DNA from: a virus
IMG/VR virus record: IMGVR_UViG_3300029267_001213
Span: 1 to 64,000 of that record
Reading direction: 5' to 3' (one strand)
Length of the DNA stretch: 64,000 bases
The notes under the pieces: generated by a model
Seen by the model: only the letters and a program-made list of their open reading frames with translations
The model's database searches: none
What the model was told of the DNA's origin: nothing
Shown here: positions 47,922-56,434 of the stretch, one piece after another
Layout: each line of letters opens with the position of its first letter
How positions within the stretch are numbered: the stretch's first letter is position 1
Translations under genes and position numbers: made by a program

Positions 47922-48205
47922 ACCTTTCAGACAGCATGCTCAAGGAATTGAGAATTCTCAAAAGACATTCGGACGGCAAGATGGCATTCGGCATGAAGAT
48001 CAAGGATAAGCCTCCGGTGTGCAGAACTGAAATGTTACTTAGCGTAGCTAATGAATTCGTTCAAAAAGGTTATGCAACATTCATGGATATTGATAAATCC
48101 AGAGTGAAGATAACCAAGGAGGGAGAAAAGCTCGTAGAAAAATTTTTTAATCGCAAGACATACAAGGCCGATAAGCGGTTTAATTATCTGGCACAGTCCA
48201 AGTAA
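47915..48205 (+). CDS. Hypothetical protein, winged-helix-like
   Basis: FVQKGYA...VKITKEGEK; ATG 47915 after GGAGGAG. Confidence 0.5.
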   Translation: MLNLSDSMLKELRILKRHSDGKMAFGMKIKDKPPVCRTEMLLSVANEFVQKGYATFMDIDKSRVKITKEGEKLVEKFFNRKTYKADKRFNYLAQSK

Positions 48206-48222
48206 TAAAAAGGAGGGTAACA

Positions 48223-48885
48223 ATGAACGGAACAAAAAACGCAGACAGGCCGAAGGAATTCGGACAGGTATGTGTATGGCCGGGAACGGTAGTGAAGACG
48301 GCGAGGGCTGAAGGAGACAGCGTAAAAGATTTCGAAGAGCATGTGCGAAAAGAATTTGGCGTGCGGGTAATGTATCTTGAGGAGATTACAACAGCCCCGG
48401 ACATCGAGAATGGTAAACCTGTTGAAGGCACAGGCGGAAGGAATGATTTGTTTTTCGCTGTACACAATGAGGACGTTGAAAAGTTCGCAGTGCCGAGGCT
48501 GTCGGTGGGAATCCGCTGGATAGGCGATGTCCTGTCAAAAGAAAATTATCTGAGTCCAATATATCCGGAGAGGGTATTTGAGTACGTTTTGAGAAAAGAT
48601 GTGCTTACGAAATACGCGGATGATGATGGCGAAGATGATGATTGTGATTCCTACTTCGAAGACATTGAGCGTCTGGAAGAAATCCGTGAAAGGATGCATG
48701 AGCTTCTGGAGGAGGCCGAAGAAATAGTTCGTAATTTCGAAGGCGGCGATATGGCATACCAGAGGGCGAAGAGTTACTGGCTGGCACATATCAAAACGGC
48801 ATTGGACGATGAGCATGATTATCTTGGCGGTTCAATGGTAACCATGGAGGACACTATTAACGAGATGGAGAAAGTAAACCAGTAA
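48223..48885 (+). CDS. Hypothetical two-domain protein
   Basis: GTGGRNDLFF motif; acidic linker; GGAGGGT RBS. Confidence 0.7.
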   Translation: MNGTKNADRPKEFGQVCVWPGTVVKTARAEGDSVKDFEEHVRKEFGVRVMYLEEITTAPDIENGKPVEGTGGRNDLFFAVHNEDVEKFAVPRLSVGIRWIGDVLSKENYLSPIYPERVFEYVLRKDVLTKYADDDGEDDDCDSYFEDIERLEEIRERMHELLEEAEEIVRNFEGGDMAYQRAKSYWLAHIKTALDDEHDYLGGSMVTMEDTINEMEKVNQ

Positions 48886-48909
48886 AAACAGAAAGGAGTA
48901 ACAGAAAGC

Positions 48910-49155
48910 ATGATTTGTGTAATGGCAAAAATCAGGAGAGGTGAGTTCACTGTAGGTGGTCAGAAATTCGAACCTGTCGAAATGAACAGGCTGTTCGATG
49001 TGCCCGTAGACAACGTGGCGACAGCAGAAAAGGAGGTAAAAAAACAGATCGAAAAAATAAATAAAACTGGACGGCAGGGAAACTACGAGTATATCGGTCC
49101 CTGTAAAATGGCAGACAGCGGTGTTCAGCCCAAAGTCAAAGCCAAGGCTGAGTAA
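48910..49155 (+). CDS. Hypothetical protein
   Basis: AAGGAG RBS. Confidence 0.55.
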   Translation: MICVMAKIRRGEFTVGGQKFEPVEMNRLFDVPVDNVATAEKEVKKQIEKINKTGRQGNYEYIGPCKMADSGVQPKVKAKAE

Positions 49156-49188
49156 CTCAAAACGAAACAGAGAAAGGAGAAGAAACAG

Positions 49189-49509
49189 ATGGCGAAAAAA
49201 ACAGGAAAAGGATCAAGCAACAAAGCCCCGAGCGCAACAAATCAGGAACCCAAGACAGACCCGAAACCTCCGGCACCGAAGACAAGCGAAGTCGTTTTCG
49301 AAAAAAAGGAAACGAAGACTCTGGTGATTGAAGATGACTCCAAGAAACGGGCCATTTTTATCAAGGAGAAAGGCGAGAGAAAATCGTTGGTCATCCTTCG
49401 TTTTGCAAAGCAGCTTTATGTCAAAATGTCGGATGAGCAGCGCAAGGAGGTCGCGGAGGCATCCCTGAATGCAGTCATAAGCTCATTCAATAAACAGGGA
49501 TGGAAGTAA
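49189..49509 (+). CDS. Hypothetical basic protein
   Basis: AAGGAG RBS. Confidence 0.6.
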   Translation: MAKKTGKGSSNKAPSATNQEPKTDPKPPAPKTSEVVFEKKETKTLVIEDDSKKRAIFIKEKGERKSLVILRFAKQLYVKMSDEQRKEVAEASLNAVISSFNKQGWK

Positions 49510-49513
49510 CAGC

Positions 49514-49570
49514 GGTTTAATTACTGCTAGGGCCTACCAGCAATGGTAGGTCCACTGGAGTAATTAAGCT
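49514..49570 (+). other. RNase III-type hairpin 3
   Basis: 12 bp stem, 4x5 internal loop, 10 bp stem, GCAA tetraloop; directly before the RBS of 49593. Confidence 0.65.
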
Positions 49571-49592
49571 CCCATAAAAGGAGGCGAAAAAA

Positions 49593-49823
49593 ATGGACGC
49601 AGGAATAGAGCTTTGTTCTTTATGTGATTATGAGCTTTATAATTTGCTGGATAGTCTCATAGCAAAAAAGCAACGGTACTACGAGATGACAGCATTGGGC
49701 AAAGACGAAAAGCTCATGGAGATGCTTCGAGATGTTTATCATCTGGATATCGAAAAAATAGATTTGGATATTCAGCGTGTCGAAGAAGAACTGGACATTC
49801 GATTTTCGGAAGAGACCTATTAA
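49593..49823 (+). CDS. Small acidic hypothetical protein
   Basis: AAAAGGAGGCG RBS. Confidence 0.65.
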   Translation: MDAGIELCSLCDYELYNLLDSLIAKKQRYYEMTALGKDEKLMEMLRDVYHLDIEKIDLDIQRVEEELDIRFSEETY

Positions 49824-49838
49824 CAAAAGGAGGCGAAA

Positions 49839-50138
49839 ATGAAAAACAAAATAGCGACTAATCGGCTTCTTGATTCGGTATGGACATTAGAATACCAAGA
49901 ACTGAACACGGGTGAAATAGAAATCATTTCGTATTCAAGGGATAACCCATACGGATATGATCGGGAAAGAGAAGTGCCAATGGTCAGGCTTGTTGAGGAA
50001 GACCCGAACAGGACCGTGAAGGCAGTAAGGTTTGCAGAATACGAACAATTCGGACGTTGCACGAAGTGGGGTGAGTCTATTCCTGTTGCAAATCCAAAGC
50101 CAGTTTTTCAGTATCCATATCAGGGTCAGGTACAATGA
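49839..50138 (+). CDS. Hypothetical protein
   Basis: AAAAGGAGGCG RBS. Confidence 0.65.
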   Translation: MKNKIATNRLLDSVWTLEYQELNTGEIEIISYSRDNPYGYDREREVPMVRLVEEDPNRTVKAVRFAEYEQFGRCTKWGESIPVANPKPVFQYPYQGQVQ

Positions 50139-50518
50139 AAAAAAGAAGACAAAAAAAGCCTACATTCATTGAGAGAAAGATACTGATGAAGTATCTCAAT
50201 CTTAGGCGAGTAGAATGTAAGGTTAAAGAAATGTCAGCATTGCTGAATGAAAATTATTATGAAGCTGTTATCGCAAATGCAGAACGAAAAATTGTTCATA
50301 CTATCCAAAGAGAGCTGGCAACCTTTTCGAATGAACATCTGCAATCCATAACGGCACATTACATAGAAAGGGCTAATGAAGAAATAGACGTTTATACAAA
50401 AAAGCGACATAGGAAAATCGAGGAAGAAAGAAAGGCGTATTGCAAACAAAAAAGGAGGCGCGATGACGAAGAAACAGGAACCGAAAAGAAAAGCAGCCAT
50501 GCTGGCAAAGTGTCATGA
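50135..50518 (+). CDS. Hypothetical protein
   Basis: ATGA overlap with the upstream gene. Confidence 0.55.
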   Translation: MKKRRQKKPTFIERKILMKYLNLRRVECKVKEMSALLNENYYEAVIANAERKIVHTIQRELATFSNEHLQSITAHYIERANEEIDVYTKKRHRKIEEERKAYCKQKRRRDDEETGTEKKSSHAGKVS

Positions 50519-50747
50519 CTGCATGGGACATTATGCTGATGGCATGGTTGACTGCGAGAACGTTGGATGTCCTTTATATTCATGGATGCCTTACAGAGAA
50601 AAAGATGCAGACCTTGAATGGATGAAGTACAATCCAAAGCGTAAAGGTAAAGTAGTTAAGGAGAAAAAGAAACTTACTCCAGAGCAGCGTGAAATACTGA
50701 GTAAGCGCATGAAAAAGACAAGGAGAAAGTTAAAGAAAGGAAATTAG
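50463..50747 (+). CDS. Small four-Cys basic protein
   Basis: AKCHDCMG...DCENVGCPLY; AAAAGGAGGCG RBS. Confidence 0.7.
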   Translation: MTKKQEPKRKAAMLAKCHDCMGHYADGMVDCENVGCPLYSWMPYREKDADLEWMKYNPKRKGKVVKEKKKLTPEQREILSKRMKKTRRKLKKGN

Positions 50748-50750
50748 TTC

Positions 50751-51161
50751 ATGGCACCGAAGAGACAGCCCAAGCGATTCAAAAAAAGAGAGCGCATGAA
50801 AAAAGGCATGGAGCTGCGGCGTCTGGCTCAGGATGCGGTAAGTAAGATTGACGAAACGGCACAAGTTCAGTGGGGGTGGGATCAAGGACATATGCTGATA
50901 GTAATATTTAAGCGCAGGGATATACTTGATGAAGCAAAAAAACATGCATCAGTCGGATGCAAGCCCGGGCACTACAGCGTACCAATGGCTACAGATTTCA
51001 TTCATAAGAAAGAAACTGAGGCGAAGGATGAGCTGAAAAAAGCAATCAGGACTGCCATTGGCAAAGATACTCCGGTAGCGATACATGCATATAATCGGGC
51101 TTATGAAGATGTGCTCGGCGTTAAACATGTAGGAGGAGGCGATGTCAGGAATATTAAATGA
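50751..51161 (+). CDS. Hypothetical protein
   Basis: ORF in the operon. Confidence 0.6.
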   Translation: MAPKRQPKRFKKRERMKKGMELRRLAQDAVSKIDETAQVQWGWDQGHMLIVIFKRRDILDEAKKHASVGCKPGHYSVPMATDFIHKKETEAKDELKKAIRTAIGKDTPVAIHAYNRAYEDVLGVKHVGGGDVRNIK

Positions 51162-51486
51162 TGTTCTGGACAGATGTTATGGATACGGTGGACCACTACT
51201 GAGCAGCGACCGTGAGGCAATTCAGGAATACGTCAGGCAGCCAAGCGAGGAAGGATGGAACAGAATAAAGGATGTCGTGGTCAATCCTAATTACGGACTG
51301 GGACTGAGTGTTGAAAATGCTCTGGTCGGATGGATGCTAAATCTGGATGCTTCTGTCTTTTCAAGAGAGAACATGCGTCAGCAAATTATCAATCGAAGGA
51401 TTCAGCCACCCAGCGGATTCAATCTGGTGCAAGCTTTAAAATTCGTAACAGCAAGGTATGAAAAACAGAAAGGCAATCGGGCGTAG
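51142..51486 (+). CDS. Hypothetical protein
   Basis: GGAGGAGG RBS; last gene of the small-gene block. Confidence 0.6.
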   Translation: MSGILNDVLDRCYGYGGPLLSSDREAIQEYVRQPSEEGWNRIKDVVVNPNYGLGLSVENALVGWMLNLDASVFSRENMRQQIINRRIQPPSGFNLVQALKFVTARYEKQKGNRA

Positions 51487-51494
51487 CCAGTGAT

Positions 51495-51603
51495 TTTCCT
51501 TTCCGGCATACAGCCGATAGAACCAGATAATGCGGACAGGGTTTTAAGATTCGCCTCTTTTTTACCTGTTTGTGGTTCTGTCGGTTGTATGCTGGGAAGG
51601 AAA
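51495..51603 (+). ncRNA. Long hairpin RNA with an anti-Shine-Dalgarno loop (putative sRNA)
   Basis: 31-bp helix with 4 G-U pairs and no mismatch, 8-bp inner stem, loop TTCGCCTCTTTTTT. Confidence 0.6.
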
Positions 51604-51822
51604 GCGCAATTAAGCAGCGATACTTCAGTGAATGAACAAGGGTTAAGCATACGACATTAAAAAAGAAACCGGCTACAAAATGATACATAAAGAAAGGGGT
51701 GATATACCTAAGACAACAGCGACGCGGACTTCTTTAATAAAATTGGATAGATAACTTTTCTATGAGCAAACTTTTTCAAGAAAGATACTAAGTGCTATTA
51801 AAAGTATGGAGCCGGTATTGTT

Positions 51823-51920
51823 GCATGGTTCGGTAATGATTTCATGCGGGTAGGTTCCCTATGAAGAAAAACGGCGTTTTGAAAACGCATGGTTCAGTAA
51901 TGATTTCAGCCGGATAGGTT
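51823..51920. repeat. Two 34-bp direct repeats (30/34 identical), 64-bp period
   Basis: GCATGGTTCRGTAATGATTTCA..CGGRTAGGTT at 51823-51856 and 51887-51920. Confidence 0.85.
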
Positions 51921-52141
51921 TTGTATGGCGACAACATACAAATAGAATGATCTTCTTTCTTTACCGGTACCTAATACTGCAGCATTATTTTTGCATTATG
52001 GCTGTACATCATACAGCAATTTTATATAATGCGTAGTACCTTAGTACATAGTAAATCTTACGTTCTATTATTTTGATTGATTGAATATGAAGACGAATTG
52101 TCTTTAATCAAATTTATTAAAAGGCAATGTATTGAATCAAC

Positions 52142-52158
52142 AGGTAATTTAATTACCT
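52142..52158. promoter_or_regulatory. 17-bp palindrome upstream of the AAA+ gene (possible operator)
   Basis: AGGTAATT-T-AATTACCT. Confidence 0.4.
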
Positions 52159-52198
52159 TAAAAAACTGGAAAAAGAACCAGAGAAAGGAAAGGGTAAC

Positions 52199-53365
52199 AT
52201 GGACAGAGAGAGAATCGCTTTTAATAATCTGGCGAAGGAACTGAAGACGGCATATCTCGAGCGCGGAGAGCTGGTTGATCAGGTATTGGCATGTCTGGTC
52301 AGTGGGAAGCATATCTTCCTGCTGGGCCCTCCCGGTACAGCGAAGTCGAGCCTTTTGAAAGCGGTATGTAATTCAATGGAGGACTCAAGATATTTTTCGT
52401 GGCTACTTACGCGGTACACGACTCCGGAGGAACTGTTCGGACCGCCGTCAATCGAAGGCCTAAAGAACGACAGATTCGAAAGAGTAACAAAGGGAAAGCT
52501 TCCGGAGGCGGATCTGGCATTCATTGATGAGATATGGAAGGCCAGCAGTTCAATAATAAATACCTTACTCACTATCATGAACGAGCGCGAGTTTTACAAC
52601 AATGGTGGTGGTAAGCCGATGCAGTGCCCGTTAAAATTCTTGGCGGCTGCATCAAACGAAATGCCGGCGGATGATGAGCTTCAAGCGATGTACGACAGAT
52701 TTCTGGTGAGGACGGTTGTGCAGCCTGTAGTTTCTGAATCAGCGACAAGAGCTTTGCTTACGCAGGATGATCCTCAGAAAATGATAAAAGAAAAAATCAC
52801 TGCGAAGATTCTGAAAAAAGCTATGGACACAGCCAGCAAGGTCAATGTGCTGGACGATACTGTGGACACGGTGATTAAGATTCGTAAGACTCTCAAGGCG
52901 GACGAAGGCATTGTTGCCAGTGACAGAAGATGGAAAGAAATCTTTTCATTCCTGAAAGCGGTTGCATGGCTGAGCGGAGATGATGAGGTCATCCCGGAAC
53001 ATCTGTCAGCTACTGTGGACTGCTTATGGGAACAGCCGGATCAGCGTAATACAGTTGCAAGCGTTGTAGGCAAGATTTCTTCTCCGGCAGTTGCTGAAGC
53101 GCGTGAGCTTCTGGATGCGGCCAAGGACGAAGCCAAGAAGGCACTTGAGGCTGCGAACAATTCGGATGCTGGCAATAATCCCGAGATGCTTTCACAGCTC
53201 GGAAAGGCGAACAGTCGTCTGGACAAGAGTGTGAAACAGGTTCAGGCGTTGTATAACAAGACAAAAAGCAAGGCGTCGATGGAAAAGATAAAAGCCATTT
53301 CGGAAGAACTTTCAGGACTCTGCAATGAAGTGAAGGAGACGGCGCGGAAGACTCTGAAAATATAA
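52199..53365 (+). CDS. MoxR / RavA-family AAA+ ATPase
   Basis: GPPGTAKS, TTPEELFGP, AFIDEIWKA, ASNEMP, YDRF and SDRRW motifs. Confidence 0.92.
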   Translation: MDRERIAFNNLAKELKTAYLERGELVDQVLACLVSGKHIFLLGPPGTAKSSLLKAVCNSMEDSRYFSWLLTRYTTPEELFGPPSIEGLKNDRFERVTKGKLPEADLAFIDEIWKASSSIINTLLTIMNEREFYNNGGGKPMQCPLKFLAAASNEMPADDELQAMYDRFLVRTVVQPVVSESATRALLTQDDPQKMIKEKITAKILKKAMDTASKVNVLDDTVDTVIKIRKTLKADEGIVASDRRWKEIFSFLKAVAWLSGDDEVIPEHLSATVDCLWEQPDQRNTVASVVGKISSPAVAEARELLDAAKDEAKKALEAANNSDAGNNPEMLSQLGKANSRLDKSVKQVQALYNKTKSKASMEKIKAISEELSGLCNEVKETARKTLKI

Positions 53366-53375
53366 GGAGGGTGCT

Positions 53376-55004
53376 ATGGTGATCGATAAGAAATTTTTCG
53401 ATGACAATGAAGCGCCGGCAGTCAAGAAAGAAGTCATCAAGGAAAGTGTGCGCGGTCCTGATTTGAAGATGGACATGCCGAGAAATAGCTGGGAGAGAGT
53501 GCAGTGGGAAAAGTTCCTGAATGATACGGAAGGCAATGAAGTACCGGATGGACTGGATCCACGAGGGATGAACAAAGAAAAAAACGAACAGATGGTCAGT
53601 CCTACGTGGCCGGGCTTTTCCCGGGAATTGTTTTCCCGGCTGTTGAATGCAGATCAGGTTGAATGGAAAAAAGAACCAAGTCCAGAACATGCATGGGCCG
53701 ATCTTGCACATAAGTCAGCGGACGAAGTGCGGGAATGGGATAATCTTCAGCGGCGATGCTACGATGATGAGACGTGGTCGGCTATGGCGGCATTGAGCAT
53801 TGCAAGTTCTGTGAAGGAAGTGGTTATCGGCATTGCGACTACTGAAGATTTACAACAGGAACGAGAACAGGCTGCAGGACTTCAGGCTCTTGCTCAGTGG
53901 ATGCAGAATCAGGCAGACAAAGAACAGGATCCTGCGAGACAGCAACAGCAACAGGAGAAGGCGGACAATCTCAACCAGCAAGTTGAAGACCTTATGAATC
54001 AGATTCAGCAAAAGGAACGACAGGCACAACAGCAGGCGAGTCAGGTAGATCCTTCTACGATGAGACAGGCGGTGCGTGCGGGTATTAATCAAGCACAGAA
54101 TCGAATTGAAGAAACTGAGCGAGCGATGTCCATGCTTGGGGCAGGTAAGGATCCGGGCAAGCTTCAGCGTTCTGGCGGTTCGCAATTGAAGACAGCTCTT
54201 GCCAAGAAAATCATGGAGAGCGAAAAGCTTAGACAGATAGCGAAACAGGCTGGACGACTTAGAACCACTGCATTGAGAAAGGCCAGAACAAAATGCAAGA
54301 CCGGCCGGTCTGAATATTACGGCGTGGAGCTTGGTGATGACATCGGACGGATGTTGCCGAGTGAATTGATCAAGCTTGTTGATCCGGCGCTGGAGAGTCT
54401 TTTTTATCGGGGACTTCATGAAAAGTCTTTGTCTCAGTATCGAGTGCGGTCAAGGGAGCGTGAGAATCGCGGACCGATAGTTGTGGCGATTGATACATCC
54501 GGATCCATGTACGGAGATAAGGAAGTGTGGTCGAAGGCGGTTGCCTTGGCATTGATTTCCGTAGCGATGGAACAGAAGCGACCGTGGGGTGTAATGTTGT
54601 GGGATACTTCACTTCAGGACACGGTTTTATCTGCAGACGGAATGGCACGGCCTGAACAAATGATGGAATGGCTTGAGGCGTTTTCAGGAGGCGGTACACA
54701 TATGGATGTACCTTTGAGAGAATCCATGCGGATGATTAATGAATGTAAGGAGCTGAGAAAGGCGGACGTGATTCTTATCACGGATGGTTGTGCGAACATT
54801 TCAAAAAGTGTTCAGGAAAAATATCTGAAAGCTTCCGAAGAAAACGGATGGTCAACGTTCGGCGTGCAAATCGGTGGCGGATGGGAATCAGGTCTTGAAC
54901 TGCTGGCAGATATTTGCGGCAAGCAAAATGTACACGAGATAAGCGATATGCTTTCGCGTGAAGATGAGGACAGAATTCTGGAGCGAATAGTTCCGGGCAA
55001 TTAA
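53376..55004 (+). CDS. VWA-domain protein (ViaA-like)
   Basis: MIDAS motif DTSGSM, GGGT, ILITDG; RMLPSEL; Q-rich coiled coil. Confidence 0.9.
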   Translation: MVIDKKFFDDNEAPAVKKEVIKESVRGPDLKMDMPRNSWERVQWEKFLNDTEGNEVPDGLDPRGMNKEKNEQMVSPTWPGFSRELFSRLLNADQVEWKKEPSPEHAWADLAHKSADEVREWDNLQRRCYDDETWSAMAALSIASSVKEVVIGIATTEDLQQEREQAAGLQALAQWMQNQADKEQDPARQQQQQEKADNLNQQVEDLMNQIQQKERQAQQQASQVDPSTMRQAVRAGINQAQNRIEETERAMSMLGAGKDPGKLQRSGGSQLKTALAKKIMESEKLRQIAKQAGRLRTTALRKARTKCKTGRSEYYGVELGDDIGRMLPSELIKLVDPALESLFYRGLHEKSLSQYRVRSRERENRGPIVVAIDTSGSMYGDKEVWSKAVALALISVAMEQKRPWGVMLWDTSLQDTVLSADGMARPEQMMEWLEAFSGGGTHMDVPLRESMRMINECKELRKADVILITDGCANISKSVQEKYLKASEENGWSTFGVQIGGGWESGLELLADICGKQNVHEISDMLSREDEDRILERIVPGN

Positions 55005-55025
55005 AAAAAAGAAAGGGGTAACAAA

Positions 55026-55958
55026 ATGAACATGAGAAATTTATCAGCAAAAGGGAGAGTGGATGCAATCGTAAAGGCGGTAGAATTTGATGGAGCACTA
55101 CTTGGACATATTGTCTGGTGGACTCTCAGGGAGGCGGAAGTGGATTGCGATGCTCTGAAAAAAGCGATGGAAGATGCTGGCATTGATTCTGAACAGCTCG
55201 GCATAAAAGAACCGAGCGCCAAGCGTATTTTAGGCCGTGCAGTAGGGAAGCTTTCGATAGAGCTTTCATCCAAAGAACGAAGGAATGGATCAACGTATCT
55301 TTTCAGGCCGGTACCTCTCGAAGACAGGACAGCAGCGTTTGCTATTGTATCCGAGAAGGAAAAGACAACTTCTGAAAAAGTGGAGAAGCTGATTCACAAG
55401 ACTGTGGATGTCGTATCTGTGGACAAGGAAGGAGAGATATACAGCGAAAAGAATCATGATACGGCAGACAAGCTGATAGAAAAATATAAGCGTCTGAAAG
55501 GCAAACTGGCTCCACCGGAAGTCAGAGCCGCTATGATGCAGCTCATGGTCAGTTGGGATTCTTTCCGGCTCAGAGACGGAGGGGGAATATATTTTGTTCC
55601 GGCTGGATTCGACAAGGAGCTGGCAGCATTGAAGGTCGCGGTAGAGTCCGTTGGTGCGTCGGTGTTTTATATCGTGCCGGTACCGGATGTGGCGGGAGCA
55701 AGAGAAGGTATAGCCAGTGCAGCCAAAGGAAGTCTGGAATCAGAACTTGCAGCTATCCAGCAGGAGATGGAAAAATTTGACGACAGCACCAGAATGAAAA
55801 CACTGGAAAGCAGAATCGGGACACTTCAGGATGTACTGCGAAAGGCCCAGTTATATAATGATGCGCTTGGCATGGCACAGTCTGACGTTAAGCGCATGGT
55901 TAGAAAATTGCAGACAAAAATTGAAGCGATTGTATTGGGCAGAGAAGATGCAGCATAA
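55026..55958 (+). CDS. Hypothetical protein (DUF6744 / DUF3150-like)
   Basis: LGHIVWW and LRDGGGIYFVP motifs; C-terminal coiled coil. Confidence 0.55.
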   Translation: MNMRNLSAKGRVDAIVKAVEFDGALLGHIVWWTLREAEVDCDALKKAMEDAGIDSEQLGIKEPSAKRILGRAVGKLSIELSSKERRNGSTYLFRPVPLEDRTAAFAIVSEKEKTTSEKVEKLIHKTVDVVSVDKEGEIYSEKNHDTADKLIEKYKRLKGKLAPPEVRAAMMQLMVSWDSFRLRDGGGIYFVPAGFDKELAALKVAVESVGASVFYIVPVPDVAGAREGIASAAKGSLESELAAIQQEMEKFDDSTRMKTLESRIGTLQDVLRKAQLYNDALGMAQSDVKRMVRKLQTKIEAIVLGREDAA

Positions 55959-55982
55959 TATTAGCGATAGTAAATAATATGA

Positions 55983-56012
55983 TTGACAGCATAATAATAT
56001 TTCCTTAATAAT
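55983..56012 (+). promoter_or_regulatory. Sigma70-like promoter for the HTH / recombination operon
   Basis: Perfect TTGACA-N18-AATAAT in an AT-rich intergenic region. Confidence 0.5.
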
Positions 56013-56047
56013 GCAGATTGTGAAGAGGCGAGAGAGGAGCATGTCGT

Positions 56048-56434
56048 ATGAGCAATTCTAAAAACATAAGGACGGCAAAGCTGAATCGCAAACAGGCTAT
56101 CAGCAAACGGAAGGTGAAGCTGAACAAAACACGCCCGGGCATTATTATTGATAAGGACAAGTTATATCAGCGAGTATGTGAGATAGCGGATGAGCGCGGA
56201 GTAACACTGGCGGACCTTGCAAGAGATGCTGGTGTTACTCCGGCATGGTTGAATACAGCTTTGACCAGCAAGTCGGGAATGACTCTGGACACTCTGGCAG
56301 TGTTTGCTCACATATGCAAAACGAAGCCGGGAAAATTATGCGATGAGTTTGCAGAGATAGTCCCATTAAAGAGAGGAAGGAATGACAAAAAGAAAAAGAG
56401 CCAGACAAAGACGGCAGTATCTATCTCAAAGTAG
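56048..56434 (+). CDS. XRE/Cro-type HTH transcriptional regulator
   Basis: RGVTLADLARDAGVTPAWLN...TLDTLAVFA. Confidence 0.8.
   Translation: MSNSKNIRTAKLNRKQAISKRKVKLNKTRPGIIIDKDKLYQRVCEIADERGVTLADLARDAGVTPAWLNTALTSKSGMTLDTLAVFAHICKTKPGKLCDEFAEIVPLKRGRNDKKKKSQTKTAVSISK

Noticed and set aside
51690-51752. Small peptide or type I toxin gene after the strong SD AAAGGGGTGAT
   Set aside because: No properly spaced ATG and only very short, non-hydrophobic frames; noted instead as a possible cis partner of the hairpin loop
51823-51920. Mini-CRISPR array (34-bp repeats, 30-bp spacer)
   Set aside because: Only two copies with 4 mismatches, no typical repeat ends, no cas operon; the core matches a third solitary site at 43000, so a binding site fits better
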